A stretch of 63,889 nucleotides of DNA, filler included, from Conidiobolus incongruus B7586 (GCA_000697335.1; 3 parts of 3 records of this genome joined end to end with filler, not necessarily neighbours in it), one strand, 5' to 3'; positions 29,847-45,500 are shown, numbered from the whole stretch's first letter. Notes: a model not told the origin generated them from the letters alone. Made by a program: numbers and translations.

Positions 29847-32800
29847 ATGACAAGTAAAAGGAATGAAAAAAGTCATATAAGTAGTAATAGTGAAGATCTC
29901 TATACTTCAGATTCTTCACAAAAAAACTCAGGAAATAGACTCATTAGTAAATTTGCTACTTTAAAGTCCAATAGAAATTTCAAACTGAATAAAGTATCCA
30001 GAACTTCTGGTTTATCATCACAGACTTATGAAACTTTTAAAATCAACTACGAAAGTGCTTTTAGGTTAAATGATAAATCTAAATGCCCGGAAATTGAAGA
30101 ATTTAATGATATTTCAAGCAAACTCTTACTTCCAGAATTAATTGATGATAACGGTTTGATAGTGTTAAATCGTGATAAACCTGTCTTTGGAGCCAAATCT
30201 CATCTCCGATCTTCTTCCCTAAATGATAAATCATCTAGGAGTAAGAACGACTTTGGTATTGTAACACCAAAGCCGCTATCTTCTTCTATACCAACTAGTC
30301 CTAGGCTTGGAGAGACTCAATTCGGAGATAACAGTCCAGATTCCTTTCCAACTCCCACTCATACTCCCCCACAGTTTCTTGTTCAAAATGAAGACAGTAT
30401 CAATGGAATTTCTCCTCTCTCCACCAACACACCGCCCGATGAATCTTTATGTCTTAAACCCCTCAACGTAACTAGCAATTTATCACCTAGCCGATCTTCT
30501 GAAAACCTCAAAATGAGATCTGGCAAATCCTTACTCAAAATGAGGTCTGGTCCCCTTAAACCAGTAGATCCAATAGTCGAAAATGCATCGATATCTCCGG
30601 ATCAAAGGAATTATTTTTTGGATTTACATAAGAATTCAACTATTAAGAATTCTCCAAGTAAAAGTGACACCAATTCCATTCTTTCAGATTCCAGTGTAGA
30701 GTTAGGAAATGAGAGTGTCTCTCCTGTACTAAAGTCAGCTTCATTTAATCAAACCCCAAACAGCGCATCATCAACACCCAAATTAAAGGAGAGTAGTGCA
30801 GAATCTTTTAAGCATCTTCCACATTCTATCTTCTCTTCAGTATCCAAAACTATTCAAAGTGTTCCACTAATAGGAAAAACATATTCTGAGGGCCATTTTA
30901 GCCTATTGCACCATTCTAAAGAGAGCAGTTCGAAATCAAATACCTTCAGTAAATACACCATATTTCGTAATTTAATAACGACATTAATATAATATTAATT
31001 TAGATCCAAAGTCTTTTAATTCTGATGTCCCCAATAATTCCAAAAGCACGAAATTCAATATTATTTCGCAGTCCGTTATCAGCAGTCCTATTAGCATATC
31101 TAACTCAGCTCCAAATACACTCAACTCAATTATTTTACCAATTACAGAACGTGCCAAAAGATACAATTTGGTCAAATATCCATCTTTTTACTCTCATATT
31201 GCATATCACTTCTATTATTTGGTTGTCGAATCCTCTTTTTCCAATGGAACAGATTATTCTACTCACTTTACTGGAAGAGAGGCAGTCGTAAGTACTTAAT
31301 CTCACCCTCACTTAACTACACTCTAAGCCCTTTTTTTATATAGAATTATTTGTGCACTTTATTAAACACTGATGATCGTGAATTCGCACTTGAAGTTGGA
31401 CAATCTTTAGGTTCAGCAGGTTTCTTTTACCATGTTTCTCACGATCTTGCCCTGCATGATAGCTATAACGATGTTTATACTTTTTGTAAAGATTATAAAG
31501 AAGTTGAATCTTCGACATTGACGATACCTCCCGAATTACTTCCAAATGGTGTCGTACTTAAAATTGCCAAATGCTATTCTCCATCTTGTACTTCAGGTCA
31601 ACAATGTTATAGTCCTTGCTGCCCCAATAATCTAGTTCAAGTATCTTACCTATATAATATCATTACTATATTTATTAACAATTTGAATGTAGGAATCGAA
31701 CTATCCTTCCCCAACAGATGAGAAATCTGCCAAAAAGTCTAAAGAAAAGGTAAATTATTTTTCTATAGCTTTAATATAAGTTGATTAATTACTTTTATGA
31801 TGATTAGGAAGCTTTATGGGAAACTACTGTACCTCCAGAAATTCTAGAAACAATTAGTAAACAGGAGAGGAAAAGACAAGAAATTATTTTTGAACTAATC
31901 TACACCGAAAAAGACTTTGTCAATGATTTAGAAATTCTGGAAAAAGTATACTCACTATATTAATAATTAGTTTTTATTGTAAATAACATTTGATTTAGGT
32001 ATTTATTCAACCTATTCGCTCTGGAAATTTTATTCCAGAAGATCAAAAAGACTCATTTATTAAGGACGTATTCATTAATTGTCATCAATTGCTTAAAACG
32101 AGTTCCATTCTCGCCCAAGCATTATCGGTTGTTCAAGAACGTTTTTCTATTGTTCCTGAAATTGGAAATATCTTTTTGAAGCATTTGAGCGTATTTGACC
32201 CTTTTAGGGAGTTCGGCGCCAATCAAGTTTTCTCCAAAAGAAGGCTCAACAAAGAGTTGAAAACAAACGAAGAATTCGCCAAATTTGTCAAAGTAAAATT
32301 TTACAGTTAATATACATTTTTTGAATACTTAATACAGTTATAATATAGGAAAGGGAAAGATTTCCAGAATGCCGTAAACTCCCTCTCCAGAGTTTCTTAG
32401 GTAGACCTACAACTAGATTGGGAAGATATCCATTACTTTTAGAAGCTATTCTAAAATGTACTCCTGAAGGAAACTCAGATTTACAAGATATTCCAAAAGC
32501 TATTGAGAGTATTAAAAGTGTACTCTCCGACATTAACGCCAGAGCTGGTCAGGCTGATAATAAAGTCAGACTCCTTGACCTTCATGACAGTTTAGTAGGA
32601 CCCGCTGAAATTATTCAAGTACTATAACTATTGATTTCTCTTATTTAATATCTAAATATCATTATATTAGGAATTGGATTTACTTTCCGATAATCGTAGT
32701 ATTATAAGAGAAGGGGTACTAAAGAAGAAATCTGGAGTGGATACCATAGAAGTTACCATTATACTTTTAGATCACTGTATACTGTTGGCCAAGAAACGAA

Positions 32801-34355
32801 AGCATGGCAAGAATTCAGATAGCTTTGATTTAAAAATATCTAAAAGAGTAAATCTGTTTAAATATATTATTTGGAAATTTATTCACATGATTATTTTAGC
32901 CAATCCCCTTAGATCTTTTATCTGGTGATTTTGATGATGGCTCATCTGTTTTAAGGACGCCGAGTAACGGTACAATCCCAGTGATGCCTACTCAATTTGA
33001 CCCTTCGAGCAAACTCAATCTGTTCCCATTAACTCTCACACTTCTTGGAAAAAATGGATTTAGTCGAACTTTCATGTGCTCAACACAAGCGGATAAAGAA
33101 AATTGGGCTGAAGCAATTTCCTCACAAGTCGAAAAATTCTGTCAGGACAAGTTAATATTCCAGTTGAGTCCATTAGCTGAACGAGGTCTCCTACAGAATT
33201 TGACCATCAATTGCTCTGCAATCGATCCTCTAAAACAGTTTTTGGTTGTTGGTACTGAAAACGGGTTGTACATGAAGTACAATAAGGAACCCAACTTTGA
33301 AAAAATTCTCGGAATGGAAAAAATCTCTCAAATTGTGATTGTTGATGAATTTAACTTGGTACTAATGCTGAGTGAAAAGACTTTATACACATTTCCCTTA
33401 AATGCACTTCAATATAATCCTCAAGTCATCAAAAAAGTAATGAAGAAATTAAGCTCTCATGTCAGTTTCTTCGCTGTAGGTCAATGTTTGTCAAAGACTT
33501 TGATATGTGTAGTCAAATCTACCAATTTGAGCTCTACCATCAAGGTTTTTGAGCCCCAACATAACAGTCAAAAGAAGAATATGCAATTGGGGAACACTAT
33601 TACCTTATTCAATGATAAAGACAAGATCAAGGTGTTTAAGGTAGGTTTATTATTATTCATAATTTTATCTGATTATATTAAACAATTATTCTCAGGAGTT
33701 TTATATTCCTTCTGAATCATTCTCAATCAATTTTTTAAAATCTAAACTTTGCGTCGGGTGTGCTAAAGGATTTGAAATTGTGGATCTCGAAAGTTTAAAT
33801 ACTCAAGGTAAGCTTATAACTCTCATCAGTGTATAGCATAATTAACTCAATTGATATAATATAGGTCTCCTAGATCCACAAGATGAGAATCTAAACTTTG
33901 TTCTCAAAATGGACAATGTGAAGCCCATCTCCTTTTTCCGTGTTAAGGATCGATTCTTCCTTCTTTGCTACGAAACCTTTGGATTCTTCGTCGATCACAT
34001 CGGTCGTCTCACCGCCCCCGAACTGATTATGCATTGGAAGGGCAGCCCCACCGAATTCAGCTTTGTTCCACCCTATCTCCTTGCATTCGATTCCGATTTT
34101 GTAGAAATACGAAACGTTGAAAACGGTAAAATTGAGCAAATTTTGCCTCTTAACCAGTCGAAGCCATTAAAGACAGATCATCAACAAATTCACTTGGTGA
34201 TCAATAGCGCACTCTCTGATTCCAAGCAACTTGTTGAAATTCAAATTAATCCGAATCATCCTAGAAACCATAAATTTGCTGAAAGTGCTAGAGAACTTAA
34301 AAATCAAAAGAGAAGAGGTATGGTAGGTACTCAGAAACCTCATATTACATTCTAA
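29847..34355 (+). CDS. ROM2: Rho1 guanine-nucleotide exchange factor, Rom1/Rom2-like (Ser-rich N-term, DEP, RhoGEF, PH, CNH), multi-exon
   Basis: DEP (FTGREAV...DREFALEVGQSLGSAGFFYHV), CYSPSC...CYSPCCP, ERKRQEIIFELIYTEKDFV, FLGRPTTRLGRYPLLLEAILK, and CNH motifs (KLCVGCAKGFEIVDLE, PYLLAFDSDFVEIRNV). Many short GT-AG introns. Confidence 0.9.
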
Positions 34356-34780
34356 TTTTCATTTGGACTGTTTATTAAATTACCATTATATTTAAACTAT
34401 TAGTATGTAATTATGTATGTATGTTAATAAAAAATTAATACCAAACTATTTAGTCTATATTATATTATTCGAGATTTAGCTTATTTCAATTTAGTAATAT
34501 ATAAAAATTAAATATATGATTGAGGAGAGAAAATAATCAATAATTTTAATTTATTTTTAGGCAAAAATATATTTCACTAATATTCCGAAACATTATTAGA
34601 ATAGATTAATTTTTTTATTCAAATACATAATTTATGTAGAAGTAAAAGTCTATCAATATAAACAAAGTTAAATATACTGTTATTTCATACATTTTAAAAT
34701 AAACCAAGTATTTGTAATGTCAAATCGGACGTATATCATAAAATCTACTGATCGAATGAATGATTGTATTAAAAATAATA

Positions 34781-35903
34781 TTATAGATTGATCGTATTTT
34801 TCTTAGAATAAGTTGATGGTTTTTGCTGACAGTGATCCTGTAACAACTTGGTAATACGTTGATATTGAGCTTGGTACACTTCGTCCTGAACCCCCGGCGT
34901 CATATCGAGTAGGAGCATCATCTGTAGCATTCTAGCAACCGTGTCCGCTCGATTGATTCCAGTATCGCCATCTATTAATTGTTTAAATGCAACTATATTA
35001 AAATAAATTGTTAATTAATGGATTGCATTAATTTGGAGTGATTCGAATACCTTCAAGTTTTGCTAAAAGTGGTAGAATAATCTTATTTTTAAACATATTT
35101 AAAGCGATAGTCCTAACGGGATGTAAATGTTTTGCCCTCTTCACTTCTTTCAAAGCCAATTGATGCGGCAAGAACACACCTTCTAAGTATGGTAACACAA
35201 TCCCTAAGAAGAAGGACCACAATTCGACAATTCTAGTGACCAATTTCTCTTCGGTCACACCAGATAACTTTGTATTCAAATTGAACATACCCATATCAAG
35301 TAACTCGTTCTGTATACTGTCCGTAAACGATGCCAAATCCGTCTGTCGTAAGCACGTTCGGACCATTTCGTTGAGGGTTTCGATACATTCGCCGAGCCTT
35401 TCGCCGTTGAATAGAGGTAATACGTACACGACTAGCATCGGCCACATATCTTCCTGAGGGGTGACGTCGGGCAAGTGCGAAATATCCCGTGTCATCGCTT
35501 TGACATCTAAATTTGACAGAGATTTGGAAATGGAACTCGCTTGATAAGTTGTATTGGAAGTTGGCGAAGCGAGTGAAATGAGAGAAGGATTCACATAAGT
35601 CGGCGATAATAAATTATTCCCCTGATTATTTGAATACAGTAGGGAAGATGAAGAATGATTATAAGGCAGACTGGTATGGACAGTGTTTTGGGAGCGTTCT
35701 GACCTTGTAGAAGATGCTAAATTCACTATAGGGATAGGACTCTTCAAATTAGATGAATAAAAATTGGGATTTAAGTTTATAGGTGGAGAAATGATGGGAG
35801 AGCCTTGATTTTTCGAACTTGAACCGTTACCATCTTTAGCCAAATTGGTTATGGTAACATGAGATGGGATGTGATGATTTTTCTCATTACCGCTTGAATT
35901 CAT
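34781..35903 (-). CDS. HbrB-domain protein, TORC2 subunit Bit61/Protor-like (intron 35050-34972)
   Basis: W..L..YVLPLFNGE.L...IETLNEMVR and LVTRIVELWSFFLGIVLPYLEGVFLP. The spliced last exon contains VARMLQM. Confidence 0.82.
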
Positions 35904-37230
35904 TAATATTTATTGTCAATAAAAATATTAAAGTAGGATTATATTCTCTATTTGTTCATCATCGTGTGACTTGTATGACCTTTAAATTTGAATTTTATTC
36001 TAATCAGACCAATTGTTATAAATTATGGGACTATACTAATTCTATTATCACTATTTCATCATTTAAATTCAACCCAAATTAATCATGCATCAAAAGGAAA
36101 ATTTCAAATTTTCCCAAATATGATTCAAATATTGATGTTTTAAGTTTTTCAAGTTTAACAATATATATTTGATTCCAATACAATTCTATCAAATTAAGAA
36201 TTAATGAATATTACCAAATTTAGTTTTATATCATTTGATATTTTTATTTAGAATTGAGACTTACAGATACTATAAAAGTAAGAATTTTATAAGCGTTTTA
36301 AATCTCTCAAAATTTGAATTTTTTGCTTGGAATGTGTATGCAGAGATTAGATATACCATTCTAAAATATTGATTTTGATAGTTGTATTATGTGTCTTATC
36401 AGAATTTTTTTATCTTAGTTACAATTTAACCCAAATTGAATTTTGTCAAATAAACAAAAATTGAAATGATAAGAGTTTCAAAGTTTATCCTTAATACCTC
36501 AAAGATTTGAAATCAAATTCCGATTCAGGACTTTTGTAAACGTTACACAAATAGATTGTGAAGAGATAAAGATCTATGTAATTTTCAAAAATTACAAATA
36601 TTGGGTATAACAAGATTTGTAAAAAATCTTAATATACATCCTTATTAATGTAAAAAACGAGTTATCAAACTCATTGAAATCAATAAGTGATGTCATGTGT
36701 TAAAATGATTTATCCAAAATAGTTTTTATCTTTGGTTTATAGTTTGATTAATAATATATTAAACTAGTAAAGAGAGTATGGGAATATAGGAGGAGGAAGA
36801 TAAGCAATAAGTAAAACTAATAAACATAATGGTGATTATTAATTATTCAAGACAAGTGTGATTTATTTGTTATTACATTTGATTTAGTTAAATATTATTA
36901 GTAATACTATTAAATTTGAATTGGTAGTTTCATGTTAAGGATTGATTTTTGCGCATTCGTCAATTGATGTTCCTGAAATAGGAGGAAAACTCTTGCCTTG
37001 GTATCATAATCGACTGATTTATGCTCAGTGGGAATTAAATCGAATGGCCCATGAATACTGTTAATATTAGACGAAGTATCATTTGGATTAAATAATGAAG
37101 AAATGATGGTACTAAAAATAAATGAATTATATTTTACATAATTCCATGATCAAATGGAATGGATTGAAGAATAATAAGATGCGGAGCGGTGAATGCTGAT
37201 GGAAATAATATGATGGATAGAAATGAAAAC

Positions 37231-38367
37231 TTAACGACGGTCGGGAGAATCTTCAAAGTCCCAAATGACACCTGTGACAACACTGATGTCATCCATTTTG
37301 CCACCAGAGTAGTATAAACCTTCGTTGACTGCTTTGGTTTGGAAAGGAGTGTCGAGAGTGTTGGGATCTTCAGCAACCTTGCGAGCTCTAGAAACAAGGG
37401 CATCGCTAATAGCCTGAGGATTGAGCTGAACGCGAACTTGACCGTTTGGCATGGGTCGAGTAATGGTATGGTCACGAACAATTTGTAATATTTCATCATC
37501 GAATAAATTATCAAAGAGCCCATCAGTGCCCATGATGACTACATCTCCCTTTTGAACTTTAATTTGGAAGCTCTGAGCATCGGTTGGACGATCCCCTGAA
37601 ACAATTCCTAATTGATATGGAAAATTGAAAGAGTGCTGCTGTTCTTCGGTTTGGAAGATATATTCCCCATTGCGAATAATAACTAATCCACAGTCGCCGA
37701 GATTAGCAACGCGAAGTTCGTCACCTCTCAAAACAGCAATACAAACAGTGGTAGAACCCTTAACTTGTTCAATGAAGCAATCAAAATTAGTTTTATCATA
37801 ACTGGAGGCAAGTACATCCACAGGGTCAGTTAAATGGTGACGAGTGAATTCTTCAGCGTCAATATCATCGAACTTTTCAAGTTCGGTTTGAGCATAATGC
37901 ATCAACTTACGAGAATAGAAGGCGGAGTTGCCATCTTGGAAACTCCAGCCACCTACTCCGTCGGCGATTCCCATAGAATCATGACGACAGAAATAGGAGT
38001 CTTCTCCTGCTCCCATGCTAGTATAAGTATAAGAATCTAGTTTGGCATTGGGCTTTTCAGCTTTTGCTAATCCACTAAACCCGAAAGAGAAGCAGTAGGA
38101 AGCTGTAAATTGGGTAAAGACTGATGGCTTAGTAAATGTGGTAGGGATAATATCATCCTGAATAGGAAGTTCTTGAATCAAAGCTTGAGCAGCTGTAGAA
38201 GTTGAAGACTTATTAATTTGAGTGTTTAATCCATAATGTAAAGATCTGATAGAGGTGAGCTGAAGAAGAGAAGGAAGAGGTTTGGGATAATTATAAGTTT
38301 TTAGAGAATTTGTGCGTAATGTATTGACAAAGCGTTTGTGAGCAAGTCTTAGAAGCTGTTGTTGCAT
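37231..38367 (-). CDS. PTC7: Protein phosphatase 2C, Ptc7 family, with a probable mitochondrial presequence
   Basis: GEDSYF, GIADGVGGW, GSTT, ANLGDCG, EQQHSFNFPYQL, TDGLFDNL, GGKMDDISV. Basic, hydroxylated N-terminus. Confidence 0.93.
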   Translation of the reverse strand: MQQQLLRLAHKRFVNTLRTNSLKTYNYPKPLPSLLQLTSIRSLHYGLNTQINKSSTSTAAQALIQELPIQDDIIPTTFTKPSVFTQFTASYCFSFGFSGLAKAEKPNAKLDSYTYTSMGAGEDSYFCRHDSMGIADGVGGWSFQDGNSAFYSRKLMHYAQTELEKFDDIDAEEFTRHHLTDPVDVLASSYDKTNFDCFIEQVKGSTTVCIAVLRGDELRVANLGDCGLVIIRNGEYIFQTEEQQHSFNFPYQLGIVSGDRPTDAQSFQIKVQKGDVVIMGTDGLFDNLFDDEILQIVRDHTITRPMPNGQVRVQLNPQAISDALVSRARKVAEDPNTLDTPFQTKAVNEGLYYSGGKMDDISVVTGVIWDFEDSPDRR

Positions 38368-40141
38368 TGAATTAGCAAACGCAATAATTTAAGGTGAAGA
38401 TAATTTGATGGGATGGAAATAGGCTGATTATATACTTTCATCAGTTGGGGTAATCTTAAGATAAGAATATCCTAACAATTTTTAATCACAATCAGATTTC
38501 ATAGATAACAGCCGACCAATCAAATTCAAAAATGATAATCAAATTCACAAAATTTGTGAAAGCTCATGATAAAAATTTCTATAACAGATAAGGGACAAAT
38601 TTGGGATGATTATAGAACTTCAATTAAGTCAAATAAGGGAATAATTTCATTTAGTTTTAATTTGTCTTACATGAATTAAGACAGTAACCTATTTAAATTC
38701 ATATTTTCAAACTACTAATTAATAAAAATAGCACAATCAACTGATTTTGTTGATAAGTGAAAGTTCTTTTTTCAATATGATTGGCCAAATTAGCCCTTTT
38801 ATCAAAACAAATCATTCACATCAACCGCATGTAATTTATTGTAACTCAAACTTAGATTTTGAAATAAAAACAAAATTTTCCCTTTATTTACTTTATTTCT
38901 GATTAAAAGTGATCTTTTAGTTTTAGAAAAACACCAAAGCCAGTTTGCTGTTTGGTGCTAAAGACAGAATTTTATTTGAACTCAATTTGTTTTATCAGGT
39001 TATTGTCATTAAATTCAGCTCTTTTATTAAATAAATATACAATACTAAGTAATTTGTATTTAAACCATTATTTATTTATTTACTTAGTTTTAAAGATTTG
39101 TTCAAAAATATTTATAATCATACTCAGATAATATCACAAATACTTTATTTTTCCATTATTCAGTTTTTTCCCAATATATTTTGGAATTGGATTGATTATT
39201 TATAAAAGGGCCTTATACCTTGATTAGCTATAAAATAGATTATAAAAAAATATTTAAATATAAGCAATATAATTGTTGCTATTTAATAAATAATTTAAAT
39301 TATAATTATTAATTTATTTAAAGCTAGATTTAATAAAAAATTAAATATATTACCTTTTTGATTAGTTGATTAAATAATATAATGATTAATTATTTAGTTA
39401 AAAAATATTGAATAATTAGATTATAGAGATAAGCTAAGCTTATTTATAATAAGTTAAAAATACCTTATATTGACAATTAAAAAAGACTAATTATTCCTAA
39501 AATTTCCTTTGGTTCTATATATATCTATCAAAATTAAATCAAGATTTAAATAAATTACTACCTTTATTACTAATATTCAGATATTATTTTATTTTAATTT
39601 TAAGCTTCAAATAATATTAAATTAAGTATATTATTATTCTTTATCAAATATAAACTATTTTAACTATATTTTTTTTTAATTATATGATAAATTATTATTT
39701 AATTAATTAAATTTAAATATTAAAATAAAACTAAAAATATTAAAACTAATAAATATAGGAAAATTCAAACTTAGCTTTTAATATTAAATAGCTTTTTAAA
39801 AAAAAACAAAGTAATTCTTTATCTAAAAAATAAATAAAATATGTTCAAAAAATATATTTTCAAAGCATAAAAATAGAAAATTTATAAAAATAAATAAATA
39901 GCTTAAAAAATCTTTTAAATTCAATTTATGTAGGATATTAAATTAAAATTTAATTATATATAATATAATTTTGAATACTGATTAAAATGAATATATAAGA
40001 AATCTTTTATTTTATAATCACCTATAAAATTAAGTTATTCTTTATTACTCTAAGTTTTTTAAATGATTTTTGGAAAATATTTAATATAATACCTTATAAC
40101 TTATAGCTATAATATAAAATTATATATATATATTAAAAAAA

Positions 40142-40241
40142 NNNNNNNNNNNNNNNNNNNNNNNNNNNNNNNNNNNNNNNNNNNNTTAATTAATTAANNN
40201 NNNNNNNNNNNNNNNNNNNNNNNNNNNNNNNNNNNNNNNNN
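40142..40241. other. Assembly gap with artificial TTAATTAATTAA linker
   Basis: Same structure as the first gap. Confidence 0.97.
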
Positions 40242-42561
40242 TAAAATAAAAAATAAAAAAAATATTAAACTATTTTAAACAAAAATACTTTATATTTAAA
40301 TATTCAAAAAATGAGATTTCAATATAAATATAGGTTTTTCATCTTATCAATTAAGCTTTTTGATATAATTCAAAATATTATTCCTAGTATTAAATCAAGA
40401 TATATTTAAAAAGAATTAATCATAAAATAAAAAAAGATATCTTTGTAATTAGATATTCAATTCAACTGCTTTAAAATTTTATAACTAATTCTAATCAAAA
40501 TAACGCTTGAGTGTTGAATAAATAAAATATTCTAATATAACTAAACAACTGAAGTATCTTTAAATTTAAAAATCTTTGATAAATTAATAATATTTATAGA
40601 AATAAACCATTAAACATCGATATTCAAGTATTAATTAAAATTATAGACTTTTAAATTTGATTAAATTATCAATTTTTGCATAATATTATATGTATATTTA
40701 CAGTAATTGATAATATAGCAATTCTTCAATATATCTGGTTAAGTTATTAAATCCATAAATATATTTAAATATATAATATCATTATATAAATACTCAATAA
40801 TTAAGTACTAATATCAAGTTTAGTTTACAGAACATTTAAACTTATTAATTATCCCTAAAAATTCAACAAGAGCATAAAAGGATATTTGAACAAATTGGCA
40901 AAATATGCAATAGATTATTATTTGCGTTTTGGATATAAATATTTTATAATTAGAATTAAAATTTGATAAATCTAGATATATTCTAATAAGAGATTAAAAC
41001 TAGGAATAATATTATTAATTGTAAAATTATAAGTTTTGGAAAAGAATATACTATAGAGAGAAGTCAATAATAGAAATAAAAGTCAAACAGAACCATCCAA
41101 AACTATAGGTATAATTATTATAACTGTGTGCAAAATTAATTATCATTTTTAAAATATACAATGGATATTATCATGCTTATATATATTTTCACTCTGAATT
41201 AACGTTTGAGAATATTATTTGATTATTTCAAATATTGTATAAGATATTGAATATCAAATTTGAAAGTTATTTGAAAATGTATATAAACATTTAATATGAT
41301 TTTAATAATAAAAATATATAGGAAGAAATAAATTTGGTATACAAATTTAAAACCATTGATATCTATTAATGGTATTAATAATATTTAATATCTTCAAAAT
41401 CATTTTGGAATAAATATAATAATTTTAGGTATGCCAATATTTTATAAAGATATTATTACATATATTATATAGAATTTTTTTAATAAATATTAATTATTTT
41501 AATTAAAAGAAATAATTCTATTAGATAACCGTGATATATATTATATTAAATCAAATAAACTAGAAAGATTAATATATATTTCTTGAAATTATTTTTTTAT
41601 AAATTTATAATAATTTGTTATTAAAAATATCAATTAAAATATTTTACCAATTTTTTATATATTATATATATATTAATTTATATATATAAATTCTTAGTAA
41701 AATATATTTAATATTAGATTTGTAAAGTCTAATCAAATGTTCATATTTATTCTAACTCACAAAGAAAATTTAAACACCATAACTTGCTGAAATATATATC
41801 TATGCAATACTTTTCAAGGATAAGTTTTAAATTAAAAATATACAGAATATTAACAATGATAATATATTATTCATGAAATTAAAATAATTTTTGAAAAATA
41901 TAACTTTTATGAATTAAAAATAAATAAAAATTGGAATTGAATTTATTAAATTAATTATATTATAAAATTAACATTAAAAATATTTGAATCAAATAAATAA
42001 TTAAAATGGTATTAAGTGATTTCAATCATTTTAAAAATATGTCAACTCAATGATAAAATTATTGATATTGTTATATAGTTATATAGATTTGATTAAATTA
42101 TAAATATGAAATTTCCAAATTAGACGCAATCAAATATTATAATGATATTGATAGTATCATGCTAAGTTCAAATAATCAAATTGACTATGGAGATAATAAA
42201 TACAATGCTAATAATGTATAAAGATTAGAAATAATATTTATATTTGTTTAAAATATCATAATATTATAAATTTCGTTGATATTAATATATTTGAATTTGA
42301 AGATAAATGGAAAATCCAATATGCTAGTTTAAATTACATCATATTATTTGACGAGTTAGGTAGTCGGGAAATTATGAATCAATTAACTGTTAATTTTGTG
42401 GTCAAAAATCAATCCCATAATAATTGAAAATGTGAAATAGTTTTATTAATATGGAATTTAAAGCAAGGACGAAAATCACTTTTTTCTCTAAAGAATAGAA
42501 AAAGGTTTAGAAACCAATATCTAAAATCATTTGAAAATTTTCCCGATTATAATTTTGAAAA

Positions 42562-45500
42562 ATGGATTCTTCCGACGATGAAATTTACCAGGCTGGGTCC
42601 TCCAGAAGAAGAAGAGCCGTCTTAGAAGATTCTGACGAAGAGGATCGAAAGAGAATTGATGACAGCTCCGAAGAGGAAGAAGAAGATGACCCCGAAGAAC
42701 TTAGAAAGATTCATGAGGGTTTTATCGTTTCTGATGATGAAGAAGAAGAACAAGAATATCGTCGCTCTCGTAAACATAAAAAGAAGAGAAAGAAATATTC
42801 AGGTAATTCAAAATTTCAATAACATTCATTGTTGTTCTAATTATATTTTTAGAATCAGAAGAAGAATTGGATGATGATGAAATTGGTTTATTAGAAGAAA
42901 ACACCGGTGGTCAGTTTGGTGGTGCAAAAGTAAGATATACTATTCATCATTATATCTTATTTTACTTATTTTTTTAGTTACAACGATTGCATAAAAGATC
43001 TTATGAAGAAGACGATTATAGAAAATCTCAAAAAACAAGTCGCGATGAGGATTTGGATCATATCTTTGATGATGACGAAGAAGAGCAATATCCTGCTGGA
43101 GATGACTATGATGGACTTGACGATTTTATTGACGATGACGAAGGCTCTGAAGAAGATGAACTTGAAAGACCTATTTCGAGGTCTCGACCTGCACCTCAAC
43201 AGAGAGAACAGAAAATCCACTCTGCCGCTATCAAAGGAGCAACTGGTGATCAAACTAAAAAACTCTTTGATTTATTTCATGACATCACTGATTACCTTCA
43301 CGCTTTGCACGATAAACCAGTTGAAGAAAGAGTACGCGAGAAACAAGCCGATCAAATCATCAAGGCAAGTTTGAAAAAGTCTTCCAACTCCACTGCTACC
43401 ATACTGAAGGATGTCATTGAACCTGAAGAGCTGAAGAAGAAATTCATGACCGATTCTGATGAAAACATTAAAATTCGAGATATCCCAGAACGACTTCAAC
43501 TTTTATTTGGTGATTTTCTTGAAACAAAGTATGACGAAGCGTTCCTCAAAGCTGAAACCGCATGGATCTTCAGACATATTGTTCCTTACAAACGTGCCAA
43601 AAGCTCTGCTACAGAAGGATTAGAATTAGAGCCCAAGCATGTAGCAACATTTTTGAAATTTTTGAATCTGGAGCATCTAGAAGTTCCTACTATTTGGGCT
43701 CATCGGAAGGATTACTTTGTCAGAATTTCCCTTTCATCACGTTCTTCAGTTTATATTCTAGATTTAGAAGATTTATGGTATTTGTTTGATCTTGATATTA
43801 AATATAAAAATTTGAGTCGTAGACAGAGACTCCTCGAAGAATTAACTGCCAAAGTCAAGGAATCAGCCCCACATGATGATGAAGTTTTAAAGAAGTTACC
43901 TTCAGAGTTTACTACCATTGATGAAATCAATGACCGAATCGACTATATTGGGTTTTACTATCCATCCATTTTAGCTGCTAACAAACCAAAGTCTACATCT
44001 AGCATTAAACGTCCAGTTAAGCAAACTTTATATCAAATTTCCAAGGCTAATGGTGTTGATGCATTTATCAATGTAATTAATATGTCTAACTTTTCAATAC
44101 AATACTAATCTAAATTCTTTAGGCTGTATCTATTAGCTGTAGTGAAATTGAAAGAAATCTGAACCAGAGACGTAGACCTGATGGGTCAAAAGATCCTTTG
44201 GAGTCAAAACAAGCAATTGCTAGCAAGTACATCACTCGATCATTCAGTGATGTGAACGTGTTTTTCCAAGGTAATCTTACATTTGCCATCATTATGATAT
44301 CATTCTGATAATTATTGATAGCGGCAATTGCATATATGGCCCAAAAAATTGGCGTTCATTTTGCTATTAGACAGTATATTAGATCTTTATTCTTGAATGA
44401 ATCATGCATCACTACTAGCCCTACCGCTAAAGGAGCCAGTGTTATTGATATATCTCACCCATATTTTATTTTTAAGCATATCAACAACAAACCATTATCC
44501 CGTTTCGAAACTACCCAATTTTTACAACTTGCTGATGCAGAGCAAAATGGACTTATCAATATTAAATTCACCTTTAAGACTGAGAATTTCGTATTCGATC
44601 GTTTTTGCGATGCATATTGCAGCGATAGCAGAAGCAGCCTTGCAAATGAATGGAATGATTTCAGAAAATCTATCCTGAAAAAGGCTTTAAATGATCATCT
44701 TATTCCCTATGCCTCTAAATGGATGATTCAGAAGTTGCGCACAGATGGTGAAGAGGTTGTTCTCAAGCAAATTGAAGAGAAGTTTTACCATAAAGCCAAC
44801 ATGGCCCCTTTCCGTCCTCCTAACGACCCTCTTTCAACCCCAAATGTACTTGCATTAACCTGTGGTCGAGATATCCGTGATTCGCCTAATGTTGCAGTGT
44901 TTGTCAATTCTTCTTCTCAGGTTGCCAACACTCTGACATTTGGTGATTTAAGGAATGACCAAAGCAAACAAGATTTATATAACTTTATTAGTAAATGTAA
45001 CCCCGATGCTGCTGTCATCTCTGGCCTTCATTACTGCACCAAACGATTTTACAATGAAGTATCCAAAATCATCGACGATTACAATCAAAATAACTCTACT
45101 CAATTGCCTCTATTTTGGCAAACAGATGAAACAGCTCGTTTATACCAGAACTCTAAAGAAGCTGTTGCTGACTACCCTAACTCCTCATCTTATATTAGAT
45201 ACTGTATCTCATTAGCGCGCTATTGCCAAAACCCAGTCAACGAATATGCCGCTCTTGGATCAGATTTAACTAGGGTTCACCTCCATCCTCTTCAGAAACT
45301 TGTAAATCCCAATAGATTATATACTATTATGGAACGAGTATTAATCAACGTTGTCAACGAAACAGGTGTCGTAGTCGATCAATCTCTAACAACCCCTTAT
45401 AAGTCAGTTCTGCTTAATTATGTCAGTGGTCTTGGTCCTCGCAAGGCACAACATATTATTAAAAAGCTGACTACTACCACAGAAACTCCAAACTCTAGAA

